Source: Enterobacter phage EC-F2
Strand: one strand, 5' to 3'
Sequence record: MN508624.2
Length of the DNA: 64,000 nt
Below the pieces are notes generated by a model, which was not told the DNA's origin, searched no databases, and saw only the letters and a list, made by a program, of their open reading frames with translations. Positions within the stretch are counted from its first letter, which is position 1; each line of letters begins with the position of its first letter. Position numbers and translations under genes: made by a program. Shown in pieces: positions 53,978-62,354 of the stretch.

Positions 53978-54493
53978 ATGACTACAAAGATTTATGCAGA
54001 TAATGATAAGCTGTATCCAGTTATGTGTAAGTGGAAACAGCAAATCCGTGAAACTGGTGATCGTAAGATGCCGGATGAACTCGGTATTGCGATTATGAAT
54101 ATTGCTCACGGTTTGGCACGTCGATACAACTTCAACCGTTATTCCGAAGACTGGAAAATGGATATGATCGATGATGGAATTTCAGCAACGATTTCCGGCC
54201 TTCATAACTTTGACGAAACCAAATATACAAACGTCTACGGTTACATCAACAAGGCTTGCTGGCAAGCGTTTGTAACTCGTATTCTCTACGAGAAGAAAGA
54301 GAACGCGAAGAAATACAAATACTTCCTGGAACATGTCTATGACAGCGATGATACTGATATGACCACGATAGCCGATGAAACTTTCATTCAGGATATCCAT
54401 GACAAACTTAATCAGTATGAAGAGTCCGCGAAAAAACCAAAAGATAAAATCGAGGTTGTGGACGAATCGCCAACATTGGAAATGTTTCTATGA
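53978..54493 (+). CDS. 55: late-promoter sigma factor
   Basis: Start at ATG 53978 (RBS ggag); GIAIMNIAHGLARRYNFNRYSEDWKMDMIDDGISATISGLHNFDETKYTNVYGYINKACWQAFVTRI collinear with T4 gp55. Confidence 0.85.
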   Translation: MTTKIYADNDKLYPVMCKWKQQIRETGDRKMPDELGIAIMNIAHGLARRYNFNRYSEDWKMDMIDDGISATISGLHNFDETKYTNVYGYINKACWQAFVTRILYEKKENAKKYKYFLEHVYDSDDTDMTTIADETFIQDIHDKLNQYEESAKKPKDKIEVVDESPTLEMFL

Positions 54494-54717
54494 AAATTAA
54501 AATTGACCTGAACAAAATTTTAGCAGATGCTAACGACGAAATTGATCTGCTTCCTTACCTTGTGAAATTAGAGTTGCAGAGCTTAGGGATTCCGATTATC
54601 ATCGACCCTACAGATGTACGAGATCCAGACTTCCAGATAACAGAAGGTCGTCTGGACTATGTAATAAACGCCGAAACAATGATCATGGAGATCACTTACT
54701 ATGAACGTGCAGCATGA
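54490..54717 (+). CDS. hypothetical protein (75 aa)
   Basis: ORF coupled to gene 55. Confidence 0.4.
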   Translation: MKIKIDLNKILADANDEIDLLPYLVKLELQSLGIPIIIDPTDVRDPDFQITEGRLDYVINAETMIMEITYYERAA

Positions 54718-55045
54718 AGTAATCGACGAAGTACACCAAAAATCAGCGCTGGATCTTCGTGAAGAAGAACTGGAATCCATCAAGGGTACACGCATTGAAC
54801 AGGAAGCCCTACGCAAAGCGCAAAAGTTCATGCGGAAGAACAAAGCGGAATGGAAGCGACTGCATAAACACGCAGAGAACGCACTCTTCGAAGGTAACAA
54901 AGAGCAGTACGTATACGCGATCAAAAAGATGCGTGATATGCTCAAGCAACCATACAACGATGAACTGATTGAAACGATGTGGATCACTTCGAACCAGCAG
55001 TTGAAAGACCTGTTCATCATGGCTTCTGAAAAATACGGCAAATAA
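54701..55045 (+). CDS. hypothetical protein (114 aa)
   Basis: ORF; terminator-like aaccccttcgggggtttt follows. Confidence 0.45.
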   Translation: MNVQHEVIDEVHQKSALDLREEELESIKGTRIEQEALRKAQKFMRKNKAEWKRLHKHAENALFEGNKEQYVYAIKKMRDMLKQPYNDELIETMWITSNQQLKDLFIMASEKYGK

Positions 55046-55066
55046 ACCCCTTCGGGGGTTTTGAGG
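55046..55066 (+). terminator. hairpin terminator
   Basis: aaaccccttcgggggttttg. Confidence 0.5.
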
Positions 55067-55071
55067 TTTAT

Positions 55072-56091
55072 ATGAACTATGTTTTAATTGGGGATACCCA
55101 TGCCGGACTTCGCCAGGATAACCCCTGGAACGAAGAAAACCTGTATGCGGTATTCAAACAGATCGTAGAGTATTGCAAAGAACACGGGATCACGCGCGGC
55201 TTCCATGCTGGCGACTTCTTCGACGTTCGAAAAGCAACCACACAAACGACAATGAATTTTGTTCGTGAAAAGCTGGTTCCTCTTCTGATTGAGGCGGGGA
55301 TCACTCTGGATGTTCTTGTCGGCAACCACGATTGCCAATTTAAGGACAAAATACGCCCCAACGCGCCACGCGAGATACTAAGTCAATACGAATGCTTTAA
55401 TGTCATCGACGAACCGACCACGGTTGATTTAGGTGGCGGAAATTCGATTGACCTGATCCCGTGGATTTGTCAGGAAAACAGCCAGCGTATTTTTGACTAC
55501 ATCAAACAATCGAAAGCTAACTTTTGTTTGGGACACTTCGAACTGTCTGGTTACTATTTCTACAAGAACAGCAAAGCCGATCATGGGATGGAACCTGATT
55601 TCTTGAAGAAGTACGATCGCGTTTACTCTGGACACTATCACCACGCTAACGAAGGTGACAACGTGTTTTACATCGGTACGCCTCTGACTATGAGCGCTAA
55701 CGACGAAGACGAAACACGCGGTTTCTATGTGTTCACGGGCAAGCCTGAATTGACTTTCATCGCTAACCCTGTGTGTCACCATCGCCGGATCATGTATCCA
55801 GCACAGAAAGATGTTGATCTTGAACAGTTCCGTAACTGTGCGGTGCGTCTGATTGTCAGTGAAATTGATCAGGGGCTTGCAAAGTTCCAAACCAAAATTG
55901 AAGAAATTGCCTATGAAATCAATATCATAGACAAAGTTCAAACTGATTCGGATGTCGATACCGACTTTGAAATCAAAACCGTTCGTGGCCTTATCACTGA
56001 GTATATCGCCAACATGCAGATCACCGACGATGAAAAAGAGGAAGTGAATAAGCTGATCAGCGAACTATACGCGGAGGTGTCAAGTGCATAG
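55072..56091 (+). CDS. 47: recombination endonuclease subunit (Mre11-like)
   Basis: 339 aa; GDTHAG, GDFFDVRKA, VGNHD phosphoesterase motifs collinear with T4 gp47. Confidence 0.85.
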   Translation: MNYVLIGDTHAGLRQDNPWNEENLYAVFKQIVEYCKEHGITRGFHAGDFFDVRKATTQTTMNFVREKLVPLLIEAGITLDVLVGNHDCQFKDKIRPNAPREILSQYECFNVIDEPTTVDLGGGNSIDLIPWICQENSQRIFDYIKQSKANFCLGHFELSGYYFYKNSKADHGMEPDFLKKYDRVYSGHYHHANEGDNVFYIGTPLTMSANDEDETRGFYVFTGKPELTFIANPVCHHRRIMYPAQKDVDLEQFRNCAVRLIVSEIDQGLAKFQTKIEEIAYEINIIDKVQTDSDVDTDFEIKTVRGLITEYIANMQITDDEKEEVNKLISELYAEVSSA

Positions 56092-56374
56092 CCGTTATGA
56101 TGAATATTTCGGGGCGAATCCCCGATATTCTCACCTGTTGCGTATGTTGGGAATGAAACACATCATTTCCACATCCGACGAAGCAGGGGAAACCAGCGCA
56201 GTTTGTTTGACCATCATGAAGGGTGCATGGCATTCATCACGAACATGGTCAATATTCATGCTTGATACACTGGACGACGATACTCTATCATATAGTATTG
56301 ATTCATCAGTTGTTCAAATGATCACTGAATTATGTGAACGGATTTTAAATGAAACTAAACTTCAAAAAAATTAA
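56084..56374 (+). CDS. hypothetical protein (96 aa)
   Basis: ORF overlapping 47 stop and 46 start. Confidence 0.35.
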   Translation: MHSRYDEYFGANPRYSHLLRMLGMKHIISTSDEAGETSAVCLTIMKGAWHSSRTWSIFMLDTLDDDTLSYSIDSSVVQMITELCERILNETKLQKN

Positions 56375-58052
56375 GTATCAAAATATTCTGTCGGTCGGGA
56401 ACACCCCGATCGAACTGGAATTTGATACGGCAAAGAAAACCCTGATCACGGGGAAAAACGGTGGCGGTAAATCGACACTGATCGAGGCTTTAACCTATGC
56501 CCTGTTCGGTAAGTCATTCCGCGATCTAAAAGTCGGGCAGTTGGTGAACAGCGTCAACAAAAAGAAATGCCTGGTTGAACTGGAAATCGAATACGGGAAA
56601 GACTCGTACAAAGTTGTGCGCGGACAAAAGCCGAAGGTGTTCGAGATCTGGAAGAACGGCGAGAAGTTGCCGGAAGACTCCGCAGCAGGTGATTATCAGG
56701 CACAGCTTGAATCTATGCTGAACATCAACCTTGTGGGCTTCAAACAGGTTATCGTTCTGGGTACAGCGGGTTACACCCCATTCATGGAACTGAAAACCCC
56801 CGAACGCCGGAAACTGGTTGAAGATTTGCTGTCTCTGTCCGTCATCAGTGAAATGGACAAGTTAAACAAGTCATACATTCGCGGTGTTAATCAGCAGTTG
56901 GATACACTCTCAATGCAGGGTAATCACATCCAGCAGCAGATCGCAACACACCAGCGCTTCATTGACGAACAGCGATCGAAAGCAAACCAGAACAACGCCC
57001 GATACAAAGAGATCTACGATAGCCACGTAGAAACCGCAAAGAACATCAAAGCACAGCTTATGCAGTTGCAAGCGGAGATTGCGGAATCGGTGATCACTGG
57101 AGAAGACCGGACGGAAGATATCAACAAACTCCGTGACGGTTATTCGCGGCTCTCAATGACTGTAGAGCAGTTTAAAAAGCTGGAGGTGATGTATCAGAAA
57201 GGCGGTGAGTGTCCGGCCTGTAAGCAAGCGATTAAACCCACTCCTGAGCGTATGGCGGAGATCGCAGAGAACATCAAAGCGGGTACACAGCGTTTAACCC
57301 TGATCAAAACCAAACAGGACGAGTTACAAGGGATCATGAATGACTTGCTGCAACAGCAACGCGCACTCAATGCCCTGAAAACCAAATATGAAGCCCTGAA
57401 AGGTACTCTGCAAAACGAAGTTGCCAACGCTAAACGCGCACAGGCGATCATGGAACAGGCAAGCGCGGAAGTAGTCATTGATGAAGAACCCGTGAAGCAG
57501 TTGCAACAGCAGGAAGCAGAACTGAACGAAAAACGACAAGGCTACGTCAAGGAAAAATATATTCGTGGTATTGTTACGGATATGTTGAAAGATTCCGGCG
57601 TTAAAGCGAGTATCGTTAAGCGTTATATTCCGTACTTCAACAAACAGATAGCATATTATCTGGATCTGTTGGGTGCTGATTATCAGTTTACTTTAGATGA
57701 CGAGTTCAACGAATCGATCAAATCACTGGGGCGCGATGATTTCAGTTATGCGTCATTCAGTCAAGGCGAACGCGCTCGCATCAACTTGTCTATTCTGTTC
57801 ACATGGCGTGACGTGACAAGTAAAGTATCAGGCGTGGATCTGTCTCTGCTGGTACTTGATGAAGTGTTTGATGGGCCGCTTGATAAAGAGGGTTCATTCG
57901 CGATTAAATCCCTGCTGGATTCTGTAGATGGTAACGTTATTGTAATCAGTCACCAGGATCTTGATCCGCAGGACTTCGACCGCCACATCATCATGTCTAA
58001 GGTTGGGCGGTTCACAAAACCATCAATCAAAGATATGGCGATCTCATGTTAG
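56349..58052 (+). CDS. 46: recombination endonuclease subunit (Rad50/SbcC-like)
   Basis: 567 aa; TLITGKNGGGKST Walker A, coiled-coil with CPAC zinc hook, C-terminal signature/Walker B LVLDEVFDG. Confidence 0.9.
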   Translation: MKLNFKKIKYQNILSVGNTPIELEFDTAKKTLITGKNGGGKSTLIEALTYALFGKSFRDLKVGQLVNSVNKKKCLVELEIEYGKDSYKVVRGQKPKVFEIWKNGEKLPEDSAAGDYQAQLESMLNINLVGFKQVIVLGTAGYTPFMELKTPERRKLVEDLLSLSVISEMDKLNKSYIRGVNQQLDTLSMQGNHIQQQIATHQRFIDEQRSKANQNNARYKEIYDSHVETAKNIKAQLMQLQAEIAESVITGEDRTEDINKLRDGYSRLSMTVEQFKKLEVMYQKGGECPACKQAIKPTPERMAEIAENIKAGTQRLTLIKTKQDELQGIMNDLLQQQRALNALKTKYEALKGTLQNEVANAKRAQAIMEQASAEVVIDEEPVKQLQQQEAELNEKRQGYVKEKYIRGIVTDMLKDSGVKASIVKRYIPYFNKQIAYYLDLLGADYQFTLDDEFNESIKSLGRDDFSYASFSQGERARINLSILFTWRDVTSKVSGVDLSLLVLDEVFDGPLDKEGSFAIKSLLDSVDGNVIVISHQDLDPQDFDRHIIMSKVGRFTKPSIKDMAISC

Positions 58053-58237
58053 AACGTGAATTTGATTTAAAGACCTCTCCCGAAGTGGAGAGGTTTTATC
58101 TCCATAATGAACTATTGGAAGAAAAACATGTAGTTACAATGGCAGATGTTGAGGAAGCATTCAAAGACAACCCCATTGAATTGACCCGCATCAAGAATAA
58201 TAAATCTTCGGTGTGGTTCCTCGAAAAAATCTATTGA
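58046..58237 (+). CDS. hypothetical protein (63 aa)
   Basis: ORF. Confidence 0.35.
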   Translation: MLEREFDLKTSPEVERFYLHNELLEEKHVVTMADVEEAFKDNPIELTRIKNNKSSVWFLEKIY

Positions 58238-58263
58238 CAGTAAAACATAAATACCTTAAAGTC

Positions 58264-58297
58264 GCCCGTGTACTGAGTTGCACGGGTTTTTATTTTG
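58264..58297 (+). terminator. rho-independent terminator
   Basis: gcccgtgtactgagttgcacgggtttttatttt. Confidence 0.65.
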
Positions 58298-58308
58298 AGG
58301 AACGGAAA

Positions 58309-60009
58309 ATGATTAACGAACAAATGTCACACAGCGAAGCATTGAAGATTTTAGGCGCTACTGGCGACGAATCTAAAGCTGAACTGTCAAAACTCTTTAA
58401 ACGTGCTTCTCTGCGCAATCACCCCGATCGTGGTGGTAGCACTGAACTCATGCAGAAAATCAACCAGGCGTATGACGTTGTAACCAAAACAAACAGCGCT
58501 GGTAAAACTTTCAGTGATGTTCGCGCAGAACACGCAGCAAACAAAAAAGCATGGGAAGAAAAATTTGCGGCGTATTTCGTGGTTGCGAAAAACTATTTCA
58601 GCACGAAATTCAACGCGCAAGAATTTGCGGAATATTTCACGAAATTCACCGGACAACCAACAACCTATACCCAGACAATCAGCGAAGTTCGCGGTCATAC
58701 TGTTCACGCAACCTATCGTTTCACTTCTGGTGATGCGTTCTTTGACTTCTCTTTCTCTTGTCAACCGCCTAACGGTCAAGGTTTAGCAGCGCCGGACGCG
58801 TCCGCACTGGGTAGCGTATCAGTTAATACTCTGGTTCTGGTTGGTACGAAGAAACACAAAATGGCAAGCCGTGATTACCAATGGGGCAAGAACCCAGACA
58901 AAATCACGCCGGAAAGCCTGTTCCCTACTAAGAAACTGGAATCCATCTTTAGCCCGACTAAGAAGGATCTCAAGTTCAAACGCGCGGACTACATGACATC
59001 CTTTGCCCGTATCCTGGGTGCGAAGGTTAGCGGTAACGATGTTATTGTTGATGTTGGACACTATAAAGTTCACTTCTACCGTCACGTATTCATGCGTAAA
59101 GGCGCGTATGTGTTCCAGTATGTTGTTGACCCAACGGTGAACAAATTCAAACCTGCTGAACGTCTGAAAGGTACTATGCTGGAAGATGAAGACGGTGCAT
59201 GTCTGGATATGATCATCGACACTTTCAAAGAAATGCAGAAAGTGAAACCAGACGCAAGCGGCATCGCAGCGGTAATCGACAGGATGAACGCAGAGTTTGC
59301 AGCGGGGCATCGTTCAGCATCTTTTGTTAAACGTACCGCACAGCAAGCAGCAGCGCCGGAACCAGAACAGAAACCGAAACGCACCGTTAACCGCATCAAT
59401 AAAGATGACTATTTCAACGCACTGAAACAGGCGGGGGCAACATTCCGCAGTAACTACGGTGAGTTTGATAACGGCGCGGGTTTGACTTTCCACTTCAAAC
59501 GCGAGATCAGCAACCGTAAAGGTTTCTGGAGTTTCAGCAGCTTTGATTTCATGCACTCCGGTCAGAAACATGTTGAATGGTTGAAAGATATCGACATTGA
59601 CGAGGATAGCAAAGGCGCAAGTATCGGTTTGCTGGTTGATACCCTGAAACAACTTCGTGGTGTTGCTGACTGGTACACAGCCCGTAAGATCCTGGAAGGT
59701 ATGCGTGATAACTTCAAGGCTGGTAAATTCTCAGCACCTCATGTGAAGAAAGAAGCCGAACAGAAACGCACTGAAACGCAAGCTAAGGACGAGTTAGGCG
59801 CACAGCCTACGAAACCACAGGCAGCGAAGAAAGAAGCCCCGGCGGTTGATAAGGCGCATCAGGCACAGATGGATCGTGAGAAGTCACAGATGAATGCAAC
59901 CATTCGTTCTATGCTCTCTGCCCTGGTTAAAGCCGGACGCAAAGACACGCCGGAAGAAATTAAAAAAGCAGTTGATGAAGCAATCGCTCTTTGGCGCTTG
60001 AAATACTAA
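58309..60009 (+). CDS. J-domain (DnaJ-like) protein with large unknown C-terminal region
   Basis: Start at ATG 58309 after terminator + RBS gaggaacgg; ALKILGATGDESKAELSKLFKRASLRNHPDRGGSTELMQKINQAYDVV is a canonical J domain with HPD. Confidence 0.7.
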   Translation: MINEQMSHSEALKILGATGDESKAELSKLFKRASLRNHPDRGGSTELMQKINQAYDVVTKTNSAGKTFSDVRAEHAANKKAWEEKFAAYFVVAKNYFSTKFNAQEFAEYFTKFTGQPTTYTQTISEVRGHTVHATYRFTSGDAFFDFSFSCQPPNGQGLAAPDASALGSVSVNTLVLVGTKKHKMASRDYQWGKNPDKITPESLFPTKKLESIFSPTKKDLKFKRADYMTSFARILGAKVSGNDVIVDVGHYKVHFYRHVFMRKGAYVFQYVVDPTVNKFKPAERLKGTMLEDEDGACLDMIIDTFKEMQKVKPDASGIAAVIDRMNAEFAAGHRSASFVKRTAQQAAAPEPEQKPKRTVNRINKDDYFNALKQAGATFRSNYGEFDNGAGLTFHFKREISNRKGFWSFSSFDFMHSGQKHVEWLKDIDIDEDSKGASIGLLVDTLKQLRGVADWYTARKILEGMRDNFKAGKFSAPHVKKEAEQKRTETQAKDELGAQPTKPQAAKKEAPAVDKAHQAQMDREKSQMNATIRSMLSALVKAGRKDTPEEIKKAVDEAIALWRLKY

Positions 60010-60019
60010 ATCACTGTGT

Positions 60020-60053
60020 TATACTGGGAACTGTTGAAAAGCAGTTCCCTTTT
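60020..60053 (+). terminator. rho-independent terminator
   Basis: gggaactgttgaaaagcagttcccttttttat. Confidence 0.65.
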
Positions 60054-60069
60054 TTATGAGGAAAATACT

Positions 60070-60402
60070 ATGAGTTGTCCAACATGGGCGCACTTTGAAA
60101 ACCTGAAAGAAGGTACGCAAAAACGCGTGTTTATCAATCTGGGATGGTTCGCACCTACAGATTTTGACATTGCTGAAATTCTGGTTAATGCCAGTAAAGA
60201 GATCAGCTATACTTACGAATGGGACTGTGTGAGAATGCCAGTTCTACCAGGGCAGTTTATTGATCGCGAGAAGTTCGAAGCAATGCGGATCGCCGTCGAA
60301 GGTATCAATTCGCTGTATCCCCCAAGTCTGGGTATGCATTACCGCCAGCGTTTTACCTTGAAAAAAGCATGGACTAAAGATAAAGAATGGGTGAAAGTAT
60401 GA
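60070..60402 (+). CDS. hypothetical protein (110 aa)
   Basis: Start at ATG 60070 with RBS gagga after terminator. Confidence 0.45.
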   Translation: MSCPTWAHFENLKEGTQKRVFINLGWFAPTDFDIAEILVNASKEISYTYEWDCVRMPVLPGQFIDREKFEAMRIAVEGINSLYPPSLGMHYRQRFTLKKAWTKDKEWVKV

Positions 60403-60626
60403 TTATTCAGGTATCGGTTCAGGGCAATACCCTGACAGTAACAAATTCCATTATGACCGCTATGGCTGCATGTCGTGATCATGTGATGTCAAACCCTCCG
60501 GTAACGGAAATTCTGGAAATTGATGTATGGGAAGACGGTGTGATCGAAGAATCCTTTGGTTTCACTCCGTTAGAGGAAGATTTACGTAAAATGGAACAAT
60601 GGTTATGGCAAACTGTACCCCAATGA
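60387..60626 (+). CDS. hypothetical protein (79 aa)
   Basis: ORF. Confidence 0.35.
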   Translation: MGESMIIQVSVQGNTLTVTNSIMTAMAACRDHVMSNPPVTEILEIDVWEDGVIEESFGFTPLEEDLRKMEQWLWQTVPQ

Positions 60627-60880
60627 AACTACCAAAACACACAACCCTGTTAACCCGCGAAAAACTTCATTCGGTTGAATGGAGTCCGTTAGATGTGATG
60701 GTTTTCGATCTGGAATCCAAAATCATTAACGCTCATGTTAACGGATTGAATATCTTTTCTGTTGAATTTGAAAAGATTCGCGGGTACAATGAAGCCTGTA
60801 AAGACAAATTGCGCGTCATGGTTGAAGCTATGGGCTACATCGTGACTATTGAAGACAACAAAATGTGGATCGCGCTATGA
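60599..60880 (+). CDS. hypothetical protein (93 aa)
   Basis: ORF. Confidence 0.35.
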   Translation: MVMANCTPMKLPKHTTLLTREKLHSVEWSPLDVMVFDLESKIINAHVNGLNIFSVEFEKIRGYNEACKDKLRVMVEAMGYIVTIEDNKMWIAL

Positions 60881-61458
60881 GCAAAGTAAAAGCAGTTTTC
60901 GCCGTTGGTCATGATATGTACGAAATGGACTATGCTTTCGGTTATGAACAGGGTTTACCGTGGGGACACTGCAAAGAGGATTTACAGAACTTCAAAGCAG
61001 AAACCGCAGATAGCGTCCTGATCATGGGTGCGAACACTTTTACTTCTCTTCCTGGTAAATTGCCAGGACGAATTCACTGCGTTCTGTCTGGTTCTGGTAG
61101 TTTCCTCAAAACCAAAAAAGGCGATGTTGCTGATTACGTCATCCACGGCGGCGGGTTGTCTGCTGCAATCGACGTGATGAAAGCAACGCATCCAGATCGT
61201 GATGTGTGTCTCATTGGCGGTAAGGGGTTGCTTCTGGAAGCAATCAATAATACACTGGTTGATGAAGTGGTTGTGACGCACATTTACGGACATCACACTT
61301 TCAATGCGCCAGCTTTTAAACGTGATGTTTCATTCACGGTTCCTGAATTCTGTGAAGCGGTTCTGAAATATGAACTGACTGATTTCAAAATTCAGCAGAT
61401 CGAGTCAAACGAACGCGTCAGAAAAATTATCGTCGATCGACATACGAAAAAGGCATAA
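60865..61458 (+). CDS. frd: dihydrofolate reductase
   Basis: 197 aa; GLPWGHCKEDLQNFKAETADSVLIMGANTFTSLPGKLPGR parallels T4 Frd [40 protein letters not shown]. Confidence 0.85.
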   Translation: MDRAMSKVKAVFAVGHDMYEMDYAFGYEQGLPWGHCKEDLQNFKAETADSVLIMGANTFTSLPGKLPGRIHCVLSGSGSFLKTKKGDVADYVIHGGGLSAAIDVMKATHPDRDVCLIGGKGLLLEAINNTLVDEVVVTHIYGHHTFNAPAFKRDVSFTVPEFCEAVLKYELTDFKIQQIESNERVRKIIVDRHTKKA

Positions 61459-61459
61459 A

Positions 61460-62314
61460 ATGAAACAATATCTTGATATCGTCAACACCGTTCTAACACA
61501 CGGTACTGAATCAACCGATCGTACTGGTGTTGGTACACTGCGCATCTTCGGGATGCAAGCACGTTGGAACCTCGCAGAAGGTTTCCCAGCGACTACCAGC
61601 AAACAGCTATTCTTCAAACCGTGTAAGCATGAATTACAGTGGTTCCTGTCCGGTTCTACCAACGTGGAAACATTGCGTAAAATGACGTGGGGTGAAGATA
61701 GCGATAAGCGGACAATCTGGGACGATAACTACGAAAATCAGGCTAAAGCACTGGGATATACTCATGGTTATCTGGGGCCGATCTACGGGCATCAATGGCG
61801 CTCGTTCGGTGAGGAAGGTTCTTTTTATGGTGTTGACCAGATTGCAAAAATCATCGAACAACTGAAAACCACACCAGACGATCGCGGGATCATCGTTTCT
61901 GCCTGGAACCCGATGGATCTGGATGATATGGCTTTGCGTCCGTGTCACTGTTTCTTCCAGTTCGTCGTAATCAACGGCAAACTGTCTCTACAGTGGTATC
62001 AGCGTTCAGTTGATGTCTTCTTAGGGTTGCCGTTCAATATCGCCTCCTACGCTCTCCTGACGCATATTATCGCTGATATTTGCGGGTATGAAGTGGGCGA
62101 TCTGGTTTGGACTGGCGGTGATGTCCATATCTACAAAAACGCAGTAGAACAAGCGAAAGAGTTGTTGAAGCCGGAACGCGCACCGCTTCCACTTCCGACC
62201 CTTTATATGCCGAAGGTAAATAGCTTACTTGATTTGGATCAAGAATTCTTTGACTCCATCCATTTGAAAGACTATAATCACCACGGCTCGCTAAAAGCAG
62301 CTATGGCAGTATAA
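61460..62314 (+). CDS. td: thymidylate synthase (uninterrupted, no intron)
   Basis: 284 aa; DRTGVGT, PCH active-site Cys, QWYQRSVDVFLGLPFNIASYALLTH; continuous ORF. Confidence 0.9.
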   Translation: MKQYLDIVNTVLTHGTESTDRTGVGTLRIFGMQARWNLAEGFPATTSKQLFFKPCKHELQWFLSGSTNVETLRKMTWGEDSDKRTIWDDNYENQAKALGYTHGYLGPIYGHQWRSFGEEGSFYGVDQIAKIIEQLKTTPDDRGIIVSAWNPMDLDDMALRPCHCFFQFVVINGKLSLQWYQRSVDVFLGLPFNIASYALLTHIIADICGYEVGDLVWTGGDVHIYKNAVEQAKELLKPERAPLPLPTLYMPKVNSLLDLDQEFFDSIHLKDYNHHGSLKAAMAV

Positions 62315-62316
62315 AC

Positions 62317-62340
62317 AAAGGGGGCGAAAGCCCCTTTCTT
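62317..62340 (+). terminator. hairpin terminator
   Basis: aaagggggcgaaagcccctttctt. Confidence 0.5.
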
Positions 62341-62354
62341 AACAAGGTAAGATA

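Noticed and set aside
53849-54109. 86-aa minus-strand ORF spanning the rnh-55 intergenic region
   Set aside because: Overlaps the gene 55 promoter, RBS and N-terminus on the opposite strand and runs through the AT-rich ori-like core; no RBS.
55429-55941. 170-aa minus-strand ORF
   Set aside because: Antisense to gene 47.
58819-59310. 163-aa minus ORF and 59314-59652 minus ORF
   Set aside because: Antisense to the J-domain protein gene.
61460-62314. Possible group I intron in td, as in T4
   Set aside because: The thymidylate synthase frame is continuous and of normal length (284 aa); no insertion.
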